A DNA stretch of 64,000 nucleotides from Eledone cirrhosa (Eukaryota): contig OZ024749.1 of NCBI GenBank assembly GCA_964016885.1, forward strand, positions 38,502,001 through 38,566,000. The letters are read 5' to 3'. The notes under the pieces were generated by a model. It saw only the letters and a list, made by a program, of their open reading frames with translations, was not told the DNA's origin and made no database searches. This document shows positions 1-14,289 of this stretch, piece by piece; the first letter of the stretch is position 1, and each line of letters opens with the position of its first letter. A program made the position numbers and the translations under genes.

Positions 1-229
1 TATGTATGTATATATGTATGTATATATGTATGTATGTGTGGTGTGTATGTGTATGTATGTGTGTATGTATGTATATATGTATATATGTATATATGTATAT
101 ATGTATATATGTATATATGTATGTATGTGTCTGGTGTGTATGTGTTTGTAGGTGTATGTATGTATGTATATATATATATATATGTATATGTGTATGTATG
201 TGCGTGGTGTGTATGTGAATGCATGTGTG

Positions 230-260
<31 letters not shown>

Positions 261-310
261 TTATGTATGAATGTATGTGTATTTATGTATTTATTTGTGT
301 ATGTGTATAC
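1..310. repeat. Mixed (TATG)/(TA)/(TG) microsatellite
   Basis: Low-complexity tatg/tgtg/tata runs seen directly. Confidence 0.95.
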
Positions 311-380
311 GTAAACATATGATTAATGTATTTTTAATTGGAGTACAAACCTCCAAATATCAACTTGAACTAGAGTCTAG

Positions 381-1300
381 GTGATGGGTGTTGTGGTTGT
401 TGTGATGCTTGTTGTGGTTGTTGTTGTGGTTGTTGTGGTGGTTGTTGTGGTTGTTGTAGTTGTTGTTGTGATGATTGTGGTGGTAGTTGTGGTGGCTGTT
501 GTGATGGTTGTTGTGGTTGTTGTGGTGGTTGTAGTTGTTGTTGTGATGATTGTGGTGGTAGTTGTGGTGGCTGTTGTGGTGGTTGTTGTGGTTGTTGTGA
601 TGGTTGTTGTGGTTGTTGTGGTGGTTGTAGTTGTTGTTGTGATGATTGTGGTGGTAGTTGTGGTGGCTGTTGTGATGGTTGTTGTGGTTGTTGTGATGGT
701 TGTTGTGGTTGTTGTGGTGGTTGTAGTTGTTGTTGTGATGATTGTGGTCGTAGTTGTGGTGGCTGTTGTGGTGGTTGTTGTGGTTGTTGTGATGGTTGTT
801 GTGGTTGTTGTGGTGGTTGTAGTTGTTGTTGTGATTATTGTGGTGGTAGTTGTGGTGGCTGTTGTGATGGTTGTTGTGGTTGTTGTGGTTGTTGTGGTGG
901 TTGTAGTTGTTGTTGTGATGATTGTGGTGGTAGTTGTGGTGGCTGTTGTGATGGTTGTTGTGGTTGTTGTGGTGGTTGTAGTTATTGTTGTGATTATTGT
1001 GGTGGTAGTTGTGGTGGCTGTTGAGATGGTGGTTGTAGTATTTTGGTGGTTGTAGTTGTTGTTGTGATGGTTGTGATGGTTGCTGTAGTGGCTGTTGTGT
1101 TGTGATAGTTGATGTGGTGGTTGTTGTGGTATTTGTTGTGATGGCTGTTGTAGTCGTTATTCTGGTGGTTGTAATGGTGGTGGTTGTGGTAATGGTTTCA
1201 TGGTTTTGCTGTGTTTGTGACAGTTGTTGTAATAGTAGGCTATGGCGATTGTTGTGATGATTGTCTGTGGCGACATCTGTAGCGTCTGTAGTAGAAGCTT
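381..1300. repeat. Degenerate GTT/GTG/GAT trinucleotide array with higher-order unit
   Basis: Recurring gttgtggtggttgtagttgttgttgtgatgattgtggtggtagttgtggtggct unit; the poly-Val ORF is a by-product. Confidence 0.9.
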
Positions 1301-1379
1301 ATGTTGTGATGTTTGTCGTGATGGCTGCTGTGCGGTTGTAGTTAATTGTGATCGTGATAGTATAAGTAGCATTGTTAAC

Positions 1380-1459
<80 letters not shown>

Positions 1460-1471
1460 GAGTAGTAGTAG
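1380..1471. repeat. (AGT)n microsatellite
   Basis: Near-perfect agt run. Confidence 0.97.
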
Positions 1472-1656
1472 TGTCGCTGATTCAACGCAGTAGATTGCGA
1501 ATACAAATATTTATATTTATAAATAATCCATTTGTATAATGCGTGGCAGACGGTAATATATCACAATTTATACAATACGTCTATATATTGTAATTGTATA
1601 TAGTATGTATGTATATATTATAAGTGTATATATTATGTATGTGTGTGTTGTATTAT

Positions 1657-1833
1657 AGCAGAATTGATAGAGGGTCGGACGCCATGCTTTATAGCATAGT
1701 TACGTCCCTTTACGATCTGAGTTCAAATCCCGTCGAGGTTAACTTAATTTTTCATCCTTACGAGGTCGATAAAATAAAGTACCAGTAATGTACTGAGTAA
1801 TTGCTGGCCTTGTGCCAAAAGTAGATACAATTA
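1657..1833 (+). mobile_element. tRNA-derived SINE, family 1
   Basis: B-box-like gagttcaaatccc, core tttcatccttacgrggtcgataaaataaagtaccag, tail gccttgtgccaaaagtaga; about 20 copies in window. Confidence 0.9.
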
Positions 1834-1896
1834 TATATGTATATAATATATATACATATATTGTTTGTGTATATGTTTATATAATTTATGTTTATA

Positions 1897-2110
1897 TAAT
1901 GATTTCTAGTACAGGCACAAGGCCAGTAATGTAGGGGGAGGGGAAAGTCGATTCAATCGACCCCAGTACGTTACTGGTGCTTTATTTTGTCGACCCTGTA
2001 AGGATGAAAGGCAAGGTTAACCTAAGCGGGATTTGAAATCAGACCGTAAATGACCGTAACTCTACGCTGCAAAGCATGGTATCCGACTCTTTACCGATAC
2101 TGCCAATCCA
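1897..2110 (-). mobile_element. SINE family 1, long variant
   Basis: Reverse complement of consensus with extra ggggtcgattgaatcgactttcccc segment. Confidence 0.88.
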
Positions 2111-2554
2111 TGTGTATATATACATATAATATAGACACATATACAGAAACAATATATGTATATAAAGGAACAGGGCGCCTAACAATAAAACACACGAAAT
2201 GCAACTTTGTACGGGGCCAGCTAAACTTACATAATTGTGAACTGTAACAACATTTGACCGAGGTTCCTATCATAAAAAACACCAAACACAGTATCGTAGG
2301 AGGTCAGATACAGCTACATAATTGTGAGTGGATATTTCATTTTCATACTAGCAGAAGACATGAACGACGTCACAATCAGAATAACAAATATAGATAAGTA
2401 TCTCGCTTATGTGCTACTGGGTATGACCGGATATAGAGTATGATCTGATACATTGTCCAATAAGATTTCCTCCTAATCGCTTGACCAGTGAATCTATTCG
2501 TGTCACTTCTACACCAAAGACCGTCCACTGGACCACATTAACTCTTCTCAAAAT

Positions 2555-2626
<72 letters not shown>

Positions 2627-4228
2627 AAAGTTCTATTTAAATTGTTGGGATACAACAAGCAAATATTTTCATAACTGATATAAAGCACTCAACAAATATT
2701 TGGAGTAAAAATACGATATTAACAAATGGAAACTATATTTATAAAACCATATTTATTTCATTATACATATTTCAAGGACACCAAGTTAAATTATGGTGTG
2801 CTTTCATCAGATAAAATATAATATAGATCAGTTTTATAAATAAATATTTACATACCCTTAAAGAATGCAACCATTACTGTTGGAAGCTCCCGGATAGTGG
2901 AGTTGAAGCTTAATTATATTATTATTAGTATTGGATATTTTTATTTTAAAAATAAGCCGTTGGGTTACGGAGAAAGAGAAAGATAAAGAAGGAGAGAGAG
3001 AAAAAAGAGAGAGAGAGACCAAAAACAACAGAGAGAGAAAGATATATATAGAGCGAGAGGAGACAGAGAGAAGGGGAGAGAACGAAAAACTCTAAGTCAT
3101 ATCTTGTTGAGTTAACTTAACAATTGGGATGAAATGAATAAATAAAATTAGAAATGTTAATAATCATGAATGGAATATACATATATAATACGAGAAATTA
3201 ACCATTGTTTAAATATGATTAGATGTTTAGTTAATCATTTAAAAATTGAGATCAATATATTAAAAATTGGGATCTATATATTAAGAAATCCATATATTAC
3301 TAGAGAACTACATATCATATAACACGTATACACACGCAAACATACATATAAATATATTTACACACTTATAAAATACATATACATATCTAACTACGTATAT
3401 AATATATACACACAAAACATAAAGGATTCTTTAATTTAATTTAAGATATAGGAATCTTATAAAATGTTATAATTGTTAAGATATTAAAGGAAATTTTATG
3501 TTATACACACGTTATGTTATTAAACAAAATTTTTTTATATAAGTTTTATAAGATTACCTGTTATGTATTTATGGCTGTTATTATATGTCTATCTGTCACG
3601 AATCTTTGGATAATCACTATACATAAGTGCAATCAAATTGTATGGATATACACGCATATGTATATACACAATTCCCACATATACATATATATATATGTAC
3701 CCTCAACCAATAGGTAGATACGCATCACGTATACATATACATACAGACAGACATATATTCATAAAAACGCATAAAACATATGTACATGTATGTCAATACA
3801 CACATATACATATATACTCACATATAGAGAGAAGTATATATAAATACAGTACATAGTATAATTGAGTAGATAAAATACAAAAGAATTATATTACAATTTG
3901 AAAATATAATTATAAGCAATATAACTTTAAAAACCATACAATTTAAAAATATTATAGAATATTTTAAGTTATAATTTCAAAATAATAGTATGTTTAATAG
4001 ATTTAGTATAGAAATTTATTTTACGTATATTTAACTTAAAATTTTTTCTCCTTTCAAGAGCTCTCAAATATTTCTCTAGAATAGTTTATTATATTTATAC
4101 TTAATTATATTTAAGAAGAAAAGTTATTTTTACTTGAGTGTATAATTAGTCAAAAAAAAAAGATGAAGGGATCTAATGATTTATCGACAGGTTCAATATA
4201 TTAATAAAATTAATTAATTAATTATATA

Positions 4229-4420
4229 CTACATTTTAAATTTATATTTATATTTAAACGTTGAGTTTAATCTATGTCTGCAGCAACTGAATAAATTATT
4301 TCTTAAGTTCAGGGAATTTTTGGTCTTTAATATAAAGAATATTTCCTCTATACAAAGATCGCAATATTCTGAAGAGGACTTAAAAGGAGTAGCTTTTGAA
4401 ATAATATTCCAAACCAACGA
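4229..4420 (-). pseudogene. C-terminal fragment of PLE GIY-YIG endonuclease
   Basis: WNIISKATPF..CDLCIEE..I..LNLRNNLFSCCRH matches the W-I..C-x2-C..E..LN-R..CRH tail recalled for PLE GIY-YIG proteins. Confidence 0.8.
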
Positions 4421-4870
4421 ATATTTGAGAGCTTTTGAAAGGAGAAAATATTTCCTATTTCTTATTTTTTTATTGTTTTTTTATTGTTCTGATAGCTTCT
4501 CCTATTTTCGAAAGTTTATCCTTTCAAAATTTTAAGTTAAATATACGTAAAATAAATTTCTATACTAAATCTATTAAACATACTATTATTTTGAAATTAT
4601 AACTTAAAATATTCTATAATATTTTTAAATTGTATGGTTTTTAAAGTTATATTGCTTATAATTATATTTCCAAATTGTAATATAATTCTTTTGTATTTTA
4701 TCTACTCAATTATACTATGTACTGTATTTATATATACTTCTCTCTATATGTGAGTATATATGTATATGTGTGCATTGACATACATGTACATATGTTTTAT
4801 GCGTTTTTATGAATGTATGTCTGTCTGTATGTATATGTATACGTGATGCGTATCTACCTATTGTTTGAGG

Positions 4871-4947
<77 letters not shown>

Positions 4948-5832
4948 CGAATTGTGTATATACATATGCGTGTATATCCATACAATTTGATTGCACTTAT
5001 GTATAGTGATTATCCAAAGATTCGTAACAGATAGACATATAATAACAGCCATAAATACATAACAGGTAATCTTATAAAACTTATATAAAAAAAAATTTTG
5101 TTTAATAACATAACGTGTGTATAACATAAAATTTCCTTTAATATCTTAACAATTATAACATTTTATAAGATTCCTATATCTTAAATTAAATTAAAGAATC
5201 CTTTATGTTTTGTGTGTATATATTATATACGTAGTTAGATATGTATATGTATTTTATAAGTGTGTATATATATTTATATGTATTTTTGCGTGTGTATACG
5301 TGTTATATGATATGTAGTTCTCTAGTAATATATGGATTTCTTAATATATAGATCCCAATTTTTAATATATTGATCTCAATTTTTAAATGATTAACTAAAC
5401 ATCTAATCATATTTAAACAATGGTTAATTTCTCATATTATATGTATATTCCATTCATGATTATTAACATTTCTAATTTTATTTATTCATTTCATCCCAAT
5501 TGTTAAGTTAACTCAACAAGATATGACTTAGAGTTTTTGATTCTCTCCCCTTCTCTCTGTCTCCTCTCGCTCTATATATATCTTTCTCTCTCTGTTGTTT
5601 TGGTCTCTCTCTCTCTCTCTCTTTTTCTCTCTCTCTCTCTCTTTTTTCTCTCTCTCCTTCTTTATCTTTCTCTTTCTCCGTAACCCAACGGCTTATTTTC
5701 AAAATAAAAATATCCAATACTAATAATAATATAATTAAGCTTCAACTCCACTATCCGGGAGCTTCCAACAGTAATGGTTGCATTCTTTAAGGGTATGTAA
5801 ATATTTATTTATAAAACTGATCTATATTATAT

Positions 5833-5890
5833 TTTATCTGATGAAAGCACACCATAATTTAACTTGGTGTCCTTGAAATATGTATAATGA
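5833..5890 (+). ncRNA. HHR-like motif, family C (mirror copy ~2760-2815, minus strand)
   Basis: CTGATGA 5838-5844; stem II aagcacacca/tggtgtcctt (9/10); GAAA 5875-5878; stems I and III ambiguous. Confidence 0.5.
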
Positions 5891-5959
5891 AATAAATATA
5901 GTTTTATAAATATAGTTTCCATTTGTTAATAATATCGTATATATATATATATATATATA

Positions 5960-6479
<520 letters not shown>

Positions 6480-6555
6480 TATATTTTTCTTCCATAGTGC
6501 GGCTACCCATATGTTTATATATGTTTATATATGGTTTCATATACACCTATATATA

Positions 6556-6682
<127 letters not shown>

Positions 6683-6930
6683 TGTCTGGCCTCTATAACG
6701 TATGTTAATTGCTCTGGTCTTCTTTTAGTCCATTGAGCGCTTGCCGCATATCTCTAAATTTGCGTTCCGCTTGGTTTTGGCCACCGCCGAAATACGATCT
6801 CGCTGAAATTATATCTATATATATATATATATATATATACTTATATATATATATATATATATAAACGCTCATAAAATATGTTCATGTCGTTCATTACTAC
6901 AATATTATCCCACAGAGGATATGTCCGTGC

Positions 6931-7001
<71 letters not shown>

Positions 7002-7284
7002 TTACATCTGATAGATATCTCACAGATTATTTCACCGCTATGTCGATAAAAAGCTTTTAGGGTCTTTTATTATGATTAAAAGTGTGTGTGTAGAGAGAGA
7101 GAGAGGGGTGAATAGGCATAGACACTGAGAGAAAAAGAGAGACAAAGACTTTATTGAAGAGTCAATGAGATCTTTATACCCAGAGATTGCTGATGTGTTA
7201 CAATAAAACTATATATAATGTATTTTGTTGGTTTTACGTGCCTTCCTAAAATTACTAAACTATAACCAAATAGTGACACACACG

Positions 7285-7317
<33 letters not shown>

Positions 7318-7339
7318 CTGTATGTGTGTACATATGTAT

Positions 7340-7395
<56 letters not shown>

Positions 7396-7414
7396 CTATA
7401 TGTGTGTAAATATG

Positions 7415-7519
<105 letters not shown>

Positions 7520-7729
7520 TGTGGGTGTATTGAATTTATCTCTTAGATTTTTACTGGCATTTGTGATAAGTATCTTGGTTTCAATCTAAATTCAGGTCAT
7601 TTAACATGAATTCGACCCGGGATAGAAAAATATCCAGATTTATATTATGAAAATAATGTGTTTGTTCGTGTTTGTCTGTTAATATATATGTATATATATA
7701 TATATATGTGTGCGTGTGTGGTGTATGTA

Positions 7730-7802
<73 letters not shown>

Positions 7803-8328
7803 TATATGTATATATGTATATATGTATTTCATTTTCATATTTTATATTTTTATATCTGTATCAACCTTCAGCCTGACACTGCTTTGACTGATTCACTCCC
7901 TTCCCTGTATATATCACATACATATATGTGGTTACGCGTGTGTGTGTGTTTATACGCGTGCTTTCATACTTGTATGTGTATATATTTCAATCCTTAGTCC
8001 CTGAGTCTGTATGTAAGCTAACTCTATTATCTTACAATTTCTTTTTTCAACATATATTATATATGTATTTGTGGTAACGCATACACTGATATGCTTGCCC
8101 TCATGTATGTACTTACGCACACATTTTTTCACTATACACATGCATTTGTACATACATACATATGTACATTTGTAGGTTCATATACACACATTTATACACA
8201 TACCCTTACTATATTTCCTTATTTTATTTTTATATATCTCTTGCATTACTTTTATTTATATATTTTTTTTTGCACGTTAAACTTTTGCCTTTCTTGGGGA
8301 GATTTTTCAAATATTTCACTATGCTTTA

Positions 8329-8406
8329 AATTGCCTCGTCTGACGAACGAATGAGGACGTTTCTTGTATTCGTCTTATTCGGGAAACCTCTGGTAATGAG
8401 GTAATT
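8329..8406 (+). ncRNA. Type I hammerhead ribozyme, intact core
   Basis: Stem I aattgcctcgt/atgaggtaatt (11 bp, 2 GU); CTGACGA 8340-8346; ~11-bp stem II; GAAA 8383-8386; stem III Acc-tct-ggT; GUA triplet. Confidence 0.85.
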
Positions 8407-8451
8407 ATATTGTATTGTTTATTATACATAATATATATATATATATATATA

Positions 8452-8685
8452 TAGGAAAAGAGTCAAGACCCCGACGGCTGAGCTCCGGCAATTTCGACAG
8501 TTAGATCCGAACTAAACCAGCTAGGTCACTACCCTAACACTACTGGTTTAGTTCGGATCTAGCTCTCGAAACTGCCGGAGCTCAGCCGTCGGGTCTTGAC
8601 TCATTTCGTATTACCCACTCTACTACAACAACTATCGAGTACTCTGGTGCGTTATGGTCCACCTGGTTCCTTACCACACTTTCTT

Positions 8686-8690
<5 letters not shown>
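8452..8690 (+). mobile_element. Fold-back element, family B (HHR 3' half)
   Basis: Arms 8452-8520 and 8543-8610; GAAA..gagctc..ccGTCggg; ~80-nt tail; TA flanks. Confidence 0.85.
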
Positions 8691-8730
<40 letters not shown>

Positions 8731-8903
8731 GTATCGGTAGAGGCGTCGGACGCCATGCTTTGACGCATAGAGTTACGGCCCTTGCCATTCTGAGTTCAAA
8801 TCCCGCCGAGGTTAACTTTGCCTTTCATCCTTATGGGGTCGATAAAATAAAGTACCAGTAATGTACTGGGTATTTACTGGCCTTGTGCCAAAAGTAAAAA
8901 CAA
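8731..8903 (+). mobile_element. SINE family 1
   Basis: Matches consensus. Confidence 0.9.
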
Positions 8904-8919
8904 ACAATTATGTAATATA

Positions 8920-9100
8920 GAAATGACTTCTACAGGACTATAACTGTTTCATTCTTATGAAATCACCAGGATGCCTTGCGAATGAAACAGTTCTAGTCCT
9001 GTAGAAGATATGTTTATATTAAATAATGATGTTCACACTCGATTAATGTATAGAGTACCTTATTTATTGTTGTTACCCCCGATTTAGCTCGGAATCTACA
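8920..9100 (+). mobile_element. Fold-back element, family A (HHR-bearing)
   Basis: cttctacaggacta..tgtttcattc / gaatgaaacagttctagtcctgtagaag inverted arms plus gagtac tail. Confidence 0.8.
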
Positions 9101-9897
9101 TAAAGTACGAGTGTCTGTGTGTGTGGTTTTTTTAAGTGTGTGGGGGAGGGGTGAAGTTATATGTAAAAGGAGAGTGGCGAGAACGTGTCATAGCAATGCA
9201 AACAGAACATTCGATACTACAAATAAAAATACCAAAATTGTGAAAATGTTACCTTTCAAGAGAGTTACTTTATTCGAAATATATCAGAAACATTAAAATA
9301 TTTCTAAGGTAGCATTTCATATATTTCTTATTATTTTTTATATATTCAATTTACAATGTTGTATCTTTCAACATGAAAATATCGTTTTAAATGAAGTATA
9401 TATTCCAATAAAATTTTTGTAAACAATTCTTTAAGCTGTTTTTTTTTCTTTCAATAAGACAATACTTTGAAATATTTCGTAACTAAAATTAATTCGTTTT
9501 CTAATATATTATTTCATAGTTATTAATTATACATACTAAAAAGCTTAATTTTTACTTCACAGTAACTCTTCTTTTCATTTTTCATCAATAATATCGGTTA
9601 TTAACAATATAGTGTCTTTATTAAACTATAGATATTCTAGTAATATACTTGTGAATATATGTGGCCTACTGATTAGGTGGTCAACTCATGAATATCCATC
9701 TGAACTATTGCCACACTGTTCCTCTGATTGTTTCTATAATGCCTTTATATAAGTAATTACGGTACCCCAGCGTATCCGTAATCTAATGACAGAAACAACT
9801 GTATCTATTCTTCTAACACAGCGTGAAGAGTCAGGTTTTGTGAAATCTTGAAGTAACTATCATCTTTTTTAATACACACGTACATGCACACGGAAAC

Positions 9898-9952
<55 letters not shown>

Positions 9953-9985
9953 TATATATATACATATATACATATAGAGATATAG

Positions 9986-10049
<64 letters not shown>

Positions 10050-10050
10050 C

Positions 10051-10137
10051 GCTTTCATCCTTACGGGGTCGATAACATAAAGTACCAGTAATACACTGGG
10101 ATAATTGCTGGCCTTGTGCCAAAAGTAGAAACAATTA
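10051..10137 (+). mobile_element. SINE family 1, 3' half
   Basis: Core plus tail match. Confidence 0.85.
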
Positions 10138-10241
10138 TATTTAGAGGCAAGCTAATAAAGTGACGAACAAAATGAAAGGTACACAGGAGTTTTTTTATTG
10201 TTGTCTTTCTTTCAATTATATATATATGTGTGTGTGTGTGT

Positions 10242-10285
<44 letters not shown>

Positions 10286-10288
10286 CAA

Positions 10289-10405
10289 AGGTCTGATGAC
10301 ATGGTGTGTTGGCTTACAGTGTACTTTCGGTTTTTGATAATATTTGTGTATTATTCAAATAGCGAGGTATAGGTAACTCATACACTATAGAAACAATTGT
10401 TACCT
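10289..10405 (+). ncRNA. Type I hammerhead with ~90-nt stem II
   Basis: aggt/acct stem I; CTGATGA 10293-10299; stem II base atggtgt/acactat; GAAA 10390-10393; palindromic ACAATTGT stem III; GUU triplet. Confidence 0.65.
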
Positions 10406-10519
10406 AATAAATTCTATATACCCGCATTTCCATTTCGTAAATTTTTTCTCCATATATATATATATATATATATATATTCACACACACCTACGTACACACA
10501 CACACACATATATATATAT

Positions 10520-10573
<54 letters not shown>

Positions 10574-10593
10574 GTGTGTGTGTGTGTACGTAG

Positions 10594-10678
<85 letters not shown>

Positions 10679-11029
10679 CGTCTACTCTTATATAACACAT
10701 CAAATCTTAGTACAATATCATTTATTTCTATGAGCTAGACTTGTGCTGTTTAATTGTAGTTTCTTTGAGTTCTCCCATTATGTTCTACCACGGTGGTCTT
10801 ATCCAGTCAAGATCACAGACACCCAATAACCATTCTTTGACTATTTTTTTATTACTTTTACTGTTATTATATTTTATTACTTTCTACTGGGAGTTAATGT
10901 GGTCTGTGTAGTGTAATAATGTACTCTATATAATATAATTTCTTTATTAGAAATTCTTCTGTGATTATTAGACGGCGCTATGTCCAATTTCTTGAAACTT
11001 CTACGTAACTAGGTGAAAATTGCTTTAGC

Positions 11030-11255
11030 TCTTTGTGTTCTGGGCTCAAATCCTGTGTAATAGGTCAACCAAGCTTTTCCATCATTTCGGGTGCGATAAA
11101 TAAAGTAGCAATCCAGGGCCGATGGTTTGGCGGTATTGTTAAAGACTGGGGGAATATTTCTTTATCTCTTTGTATTCTGGACTCAAATCCTTCCTAATAA
11201 GTCAACCAAGCTTTTCCATCATTTCGGGTGCGATAAATAAAGTAGCAATCCAGGG
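11030..11255 (+). repeat. Two ~120-nt direct repeats of a degenerate SINE core
   Basis: gtcaaccaagcttttccatcatttcgggtgcgataaataaagtagcaatccagggg occurs twice. Confidence 0.75.
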
Positions 11256-11542
11256 GCGGTTGTTTGGCGGTATTGTTAAGAACTCCAGCAATATGCTTTG
11301 TGGTATTTACCCCCGACTCTGTGCATTCTGAGTTCATTACCCGCCTCTTTTTACCAGGAGTTTCGAATTAGTGACCAATGAAATGTCTGAATATTCTTAG
11401 TTGAGACCGATATATCATCATTCATTAGAAATCTGTCACAGAACTATTTCTGCACCAAATAGACACAGACTTTTACTTAAAATTTCAGGCATTTTTCTTC
11501 GTTGGAATCTCATCATTCAGTTTTTTTACTTACTTATTGACT

Positions 11543-11596
<54 letters not shown>

Positions 11597-11768
11597 CACT
11601 ACCACTACTACTACTACTATTACTACTACTACTACTACTACTACCACTACTACTATTACTACTACTACTAATACTACTACTACTCCTACTACTACTATAT
11701 TACTACTACTACTACTACTACTATTACTACTACTACTAATACTACTACTACTCCTACTACTACTATAT

Positions 11769-11813
<45 letters not shown>
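11543..11813. repeat. (CTA)n microsatellite
   Basis: Seen directly. Confidence 0.95.
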
Positions 11814-11814
<1 letters not shown>

Positions 11815-11849
11815 GATGCTGCCGCAGATGTTGATGGTACTATGGTGGG

Positions 11850-12230
11850 CATGTTAAAAAAGGTTGAAGATCAGCACTTTCCACTTCGGCGATGCTCAAA
11901 TTAACTTTTTCAGGTCTCACTTGAAGAGAAAACCCAGGGTAGAGAGGGAAGTGCTGCCTTCCAAGCAGTTTGTTGCAAGGTGGCTGAAAGAGGCGAGCAT
12001 GGCTCGAGTGAATGGGCCTGCTCTAGGTGTGCACCTATAGATAGGATGAGCAAAACTGGGACAGGGCACTTACCCTAGAGATCAGGGCACCCGCAGTTTT
12101 ATGGGTGTTTTTTTTTTCCTACGAGCAGCCCTTCGGCGTCTCTTCCCTATTGAGGAATTCCACTTATTTAATTTTTCATTGTTACCTATTTTTTTACTAT
12201 TGTTAAACCCGTTTACACGCAAAACTCACA
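11850..12230 (+). mobile_element. Tx1/L1-like LINE 3' end, decayed
   Basis: Homologous to 14838-15350. Confidence 0.7.
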
Positions 12231-12368
12231 CACCAACACACACACACACACACACACATACACACATAGACACATACACACATACACACATAGACAGATA
12301 GACACATAGACACACACTGTTTTTGTCCTGTGCCGTCCTAATGTTTTCTTAATGTTAACCATTGTGGT

Positions 12369-12485
12369 GAATCCCGCCGAGGTCAACTTTGCCTTTCATC
12401 CTTTACGGGGGTCGATAAAATAAAGTACCAGTAATGCACTAGTGTAATTGCTGGCCTTGTTCCAAAAGTAGAAACAATTATTATT
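12369..12485 (+). mobile_element. SINE family 1, 3' part
   Basis: Matches consensus. Confidence 0.85.
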
Positions 12486-13026
12486 GATGTTCTCCTTCAT
12501 TAATCAACACTTAAAAGTTCAAGTTAATTTGGAGCAACAATTAGGACTTGCAATATTTCTCTTCTTTGTGTTTGTTTGTTTTTGCCTTTCCAATTATGTT
12601 CATTATAGTTAATTGCTTTATTAGTCCTACTTTTAATCATTATCTTAATTAGCTATGCTTTCAAACAGAAAAAGGGAAATTATTAATTTTTATCTTTTTT
12701 TCTTGTTTTCTTTAATTTTTTCTACTTTTGATTTTGTTTTGTTTTGTTTTTGTTTTTTGTTGGATTTTTATAAATTCTTATATTTTATTTTTTCATTGCA
12801 TTGCATTTTTTTTTTTTCTGTAGTTGTACTTCTTTAACAAGTGAATTGATCTGAGGCTGCGCATTGAAACTTGATCTGCTTCATCGTTAATTATCGTTTT
12901 AACCACTTATAAACAAACGAAATATATTGTAGTTAACAACAACAAAAAAGCACACACACACACATATAATAAAGACTTTTGTTTTTATTGTGTATGCAAA
13001 AATATCTGTACACGAATATATAATTA

Positions 13027-13084
<58 letters not shown>

Positions 13085-13095
13085 TAACAGATTAA

Positions 13096-13146
13096 AGTTT
13101 AAACAAAGAATCGGTGCTTTCACCCTTAACGGGATCTTCAGAAACT
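13096..13146 (-). ncRNA. Minimal type I hammerhead, family F
   Basis: Reverse complement reads agttt CTGAAGA tcccgttaagggt GAAA gca..tgt TT aaact; 5-bp stem I. Confidence 0.75.
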
Positions 13147-13324
13147 AAAAAAATCAATCTGTGAACGCAGAAGTAAATATTTCGAAAAACGTTACACACT
13201 ATATATATATATATATATATACAGACACTTTATATATACATATATATACACACACACACACACACACAGATAGTGTAATAATGTCATAATGCAGACAGCC
13301 AGACATACAGACAGATATTATAAG

Positions 13325-13573
13325 GGCGCGACGTTGTAGCTATGTATCTATCTAAAAAGACAGACTAAGAATTATAGAGAGAGATCGCTAACGCCTAATG
13401 CGGTTCCTAGGGCATTGAAAATTTGAAATGTTTTTTGCTCATAACACTCACAAGACCAGAAATAGTACATGTGTAAAGTTTGAAAACAATCGGTTGGGTG
13501 GTTCTCGAGTTTTAGAGAGTCAAACAGACAGACAGACATGCAGCCAGACAATCTCCGTTTTAGATATATAGAT
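13325..13573 (-). mobile_element. Non-autonomous Helitron-like 5' segment (Lep1-type)
   Basis: Minus strand starts aTCtatata, has a (ctgt)n run and aaccgatt..aaacttt motif recalled for such elements. Confidence 0.5.
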
Positions 13574-13940
13574 ATATATGAGTCCCAGCAGTTCTAGTCC
13601 TGTAGAAGGCATTTCTGCATTAAACATGATATATATATATACAAATGTGTATGCTTGTGAGTACGTATGGGTACGTATGTATGTGTATTCGTATGTCTGT
13701 GTAGCGTGTCTGTGTATTTATATGTTTGTGTGTATATGTCCATGTGCATGTGTGTGTGTGTATGCGTGTGAAGATACCTATACACCCTACAGAAGATTTA
13801 TTTAAACTCAGTAACACACAAAGCAGAATGAACATGACAGTATTTGATCGATATACTTCTGCCAACCAACATATATATAGGTGTGTGTCTCTCTCTATAT
13901 ATATGCATGTTTGTGTGTGTGCGTGTGTACATACGTATGT

Positions 13941-14024
<84 letters not shown>

Positions 14025-14225
14025 ACACACGTACGTACACACACACAAACATATATATATATATATATATATATCGATCATCAAATTGTAATTCACACAG
14101 GTATAATTTTATGGTGAATGTGACTTGCTGTTGCTACTAAAACTATCACAACTACCACAACTACTAAACTACTACTACTTCTTCTACTACTACTTCTTCT
14201 ACTACCATTACTATCATTATTATCA

Positions 14226-14279
<54 letters not shown>

Positions 14280-14289
14280 TTTGAGTCTC

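Larger units (their letters stand above)
2624..5940 (-). mobile_element. 5'-truncated Penelope-like retroelement with ~1.4-kb inverted arms in (TA)n
   Basis: Arms 2711-4071 and 4421-5940 are reverse complements; unique core encodes a GIY-YIG-type C-terminus; unpaired tail 2624-2710; TA runs on both flanks. Confidence 0.85.
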
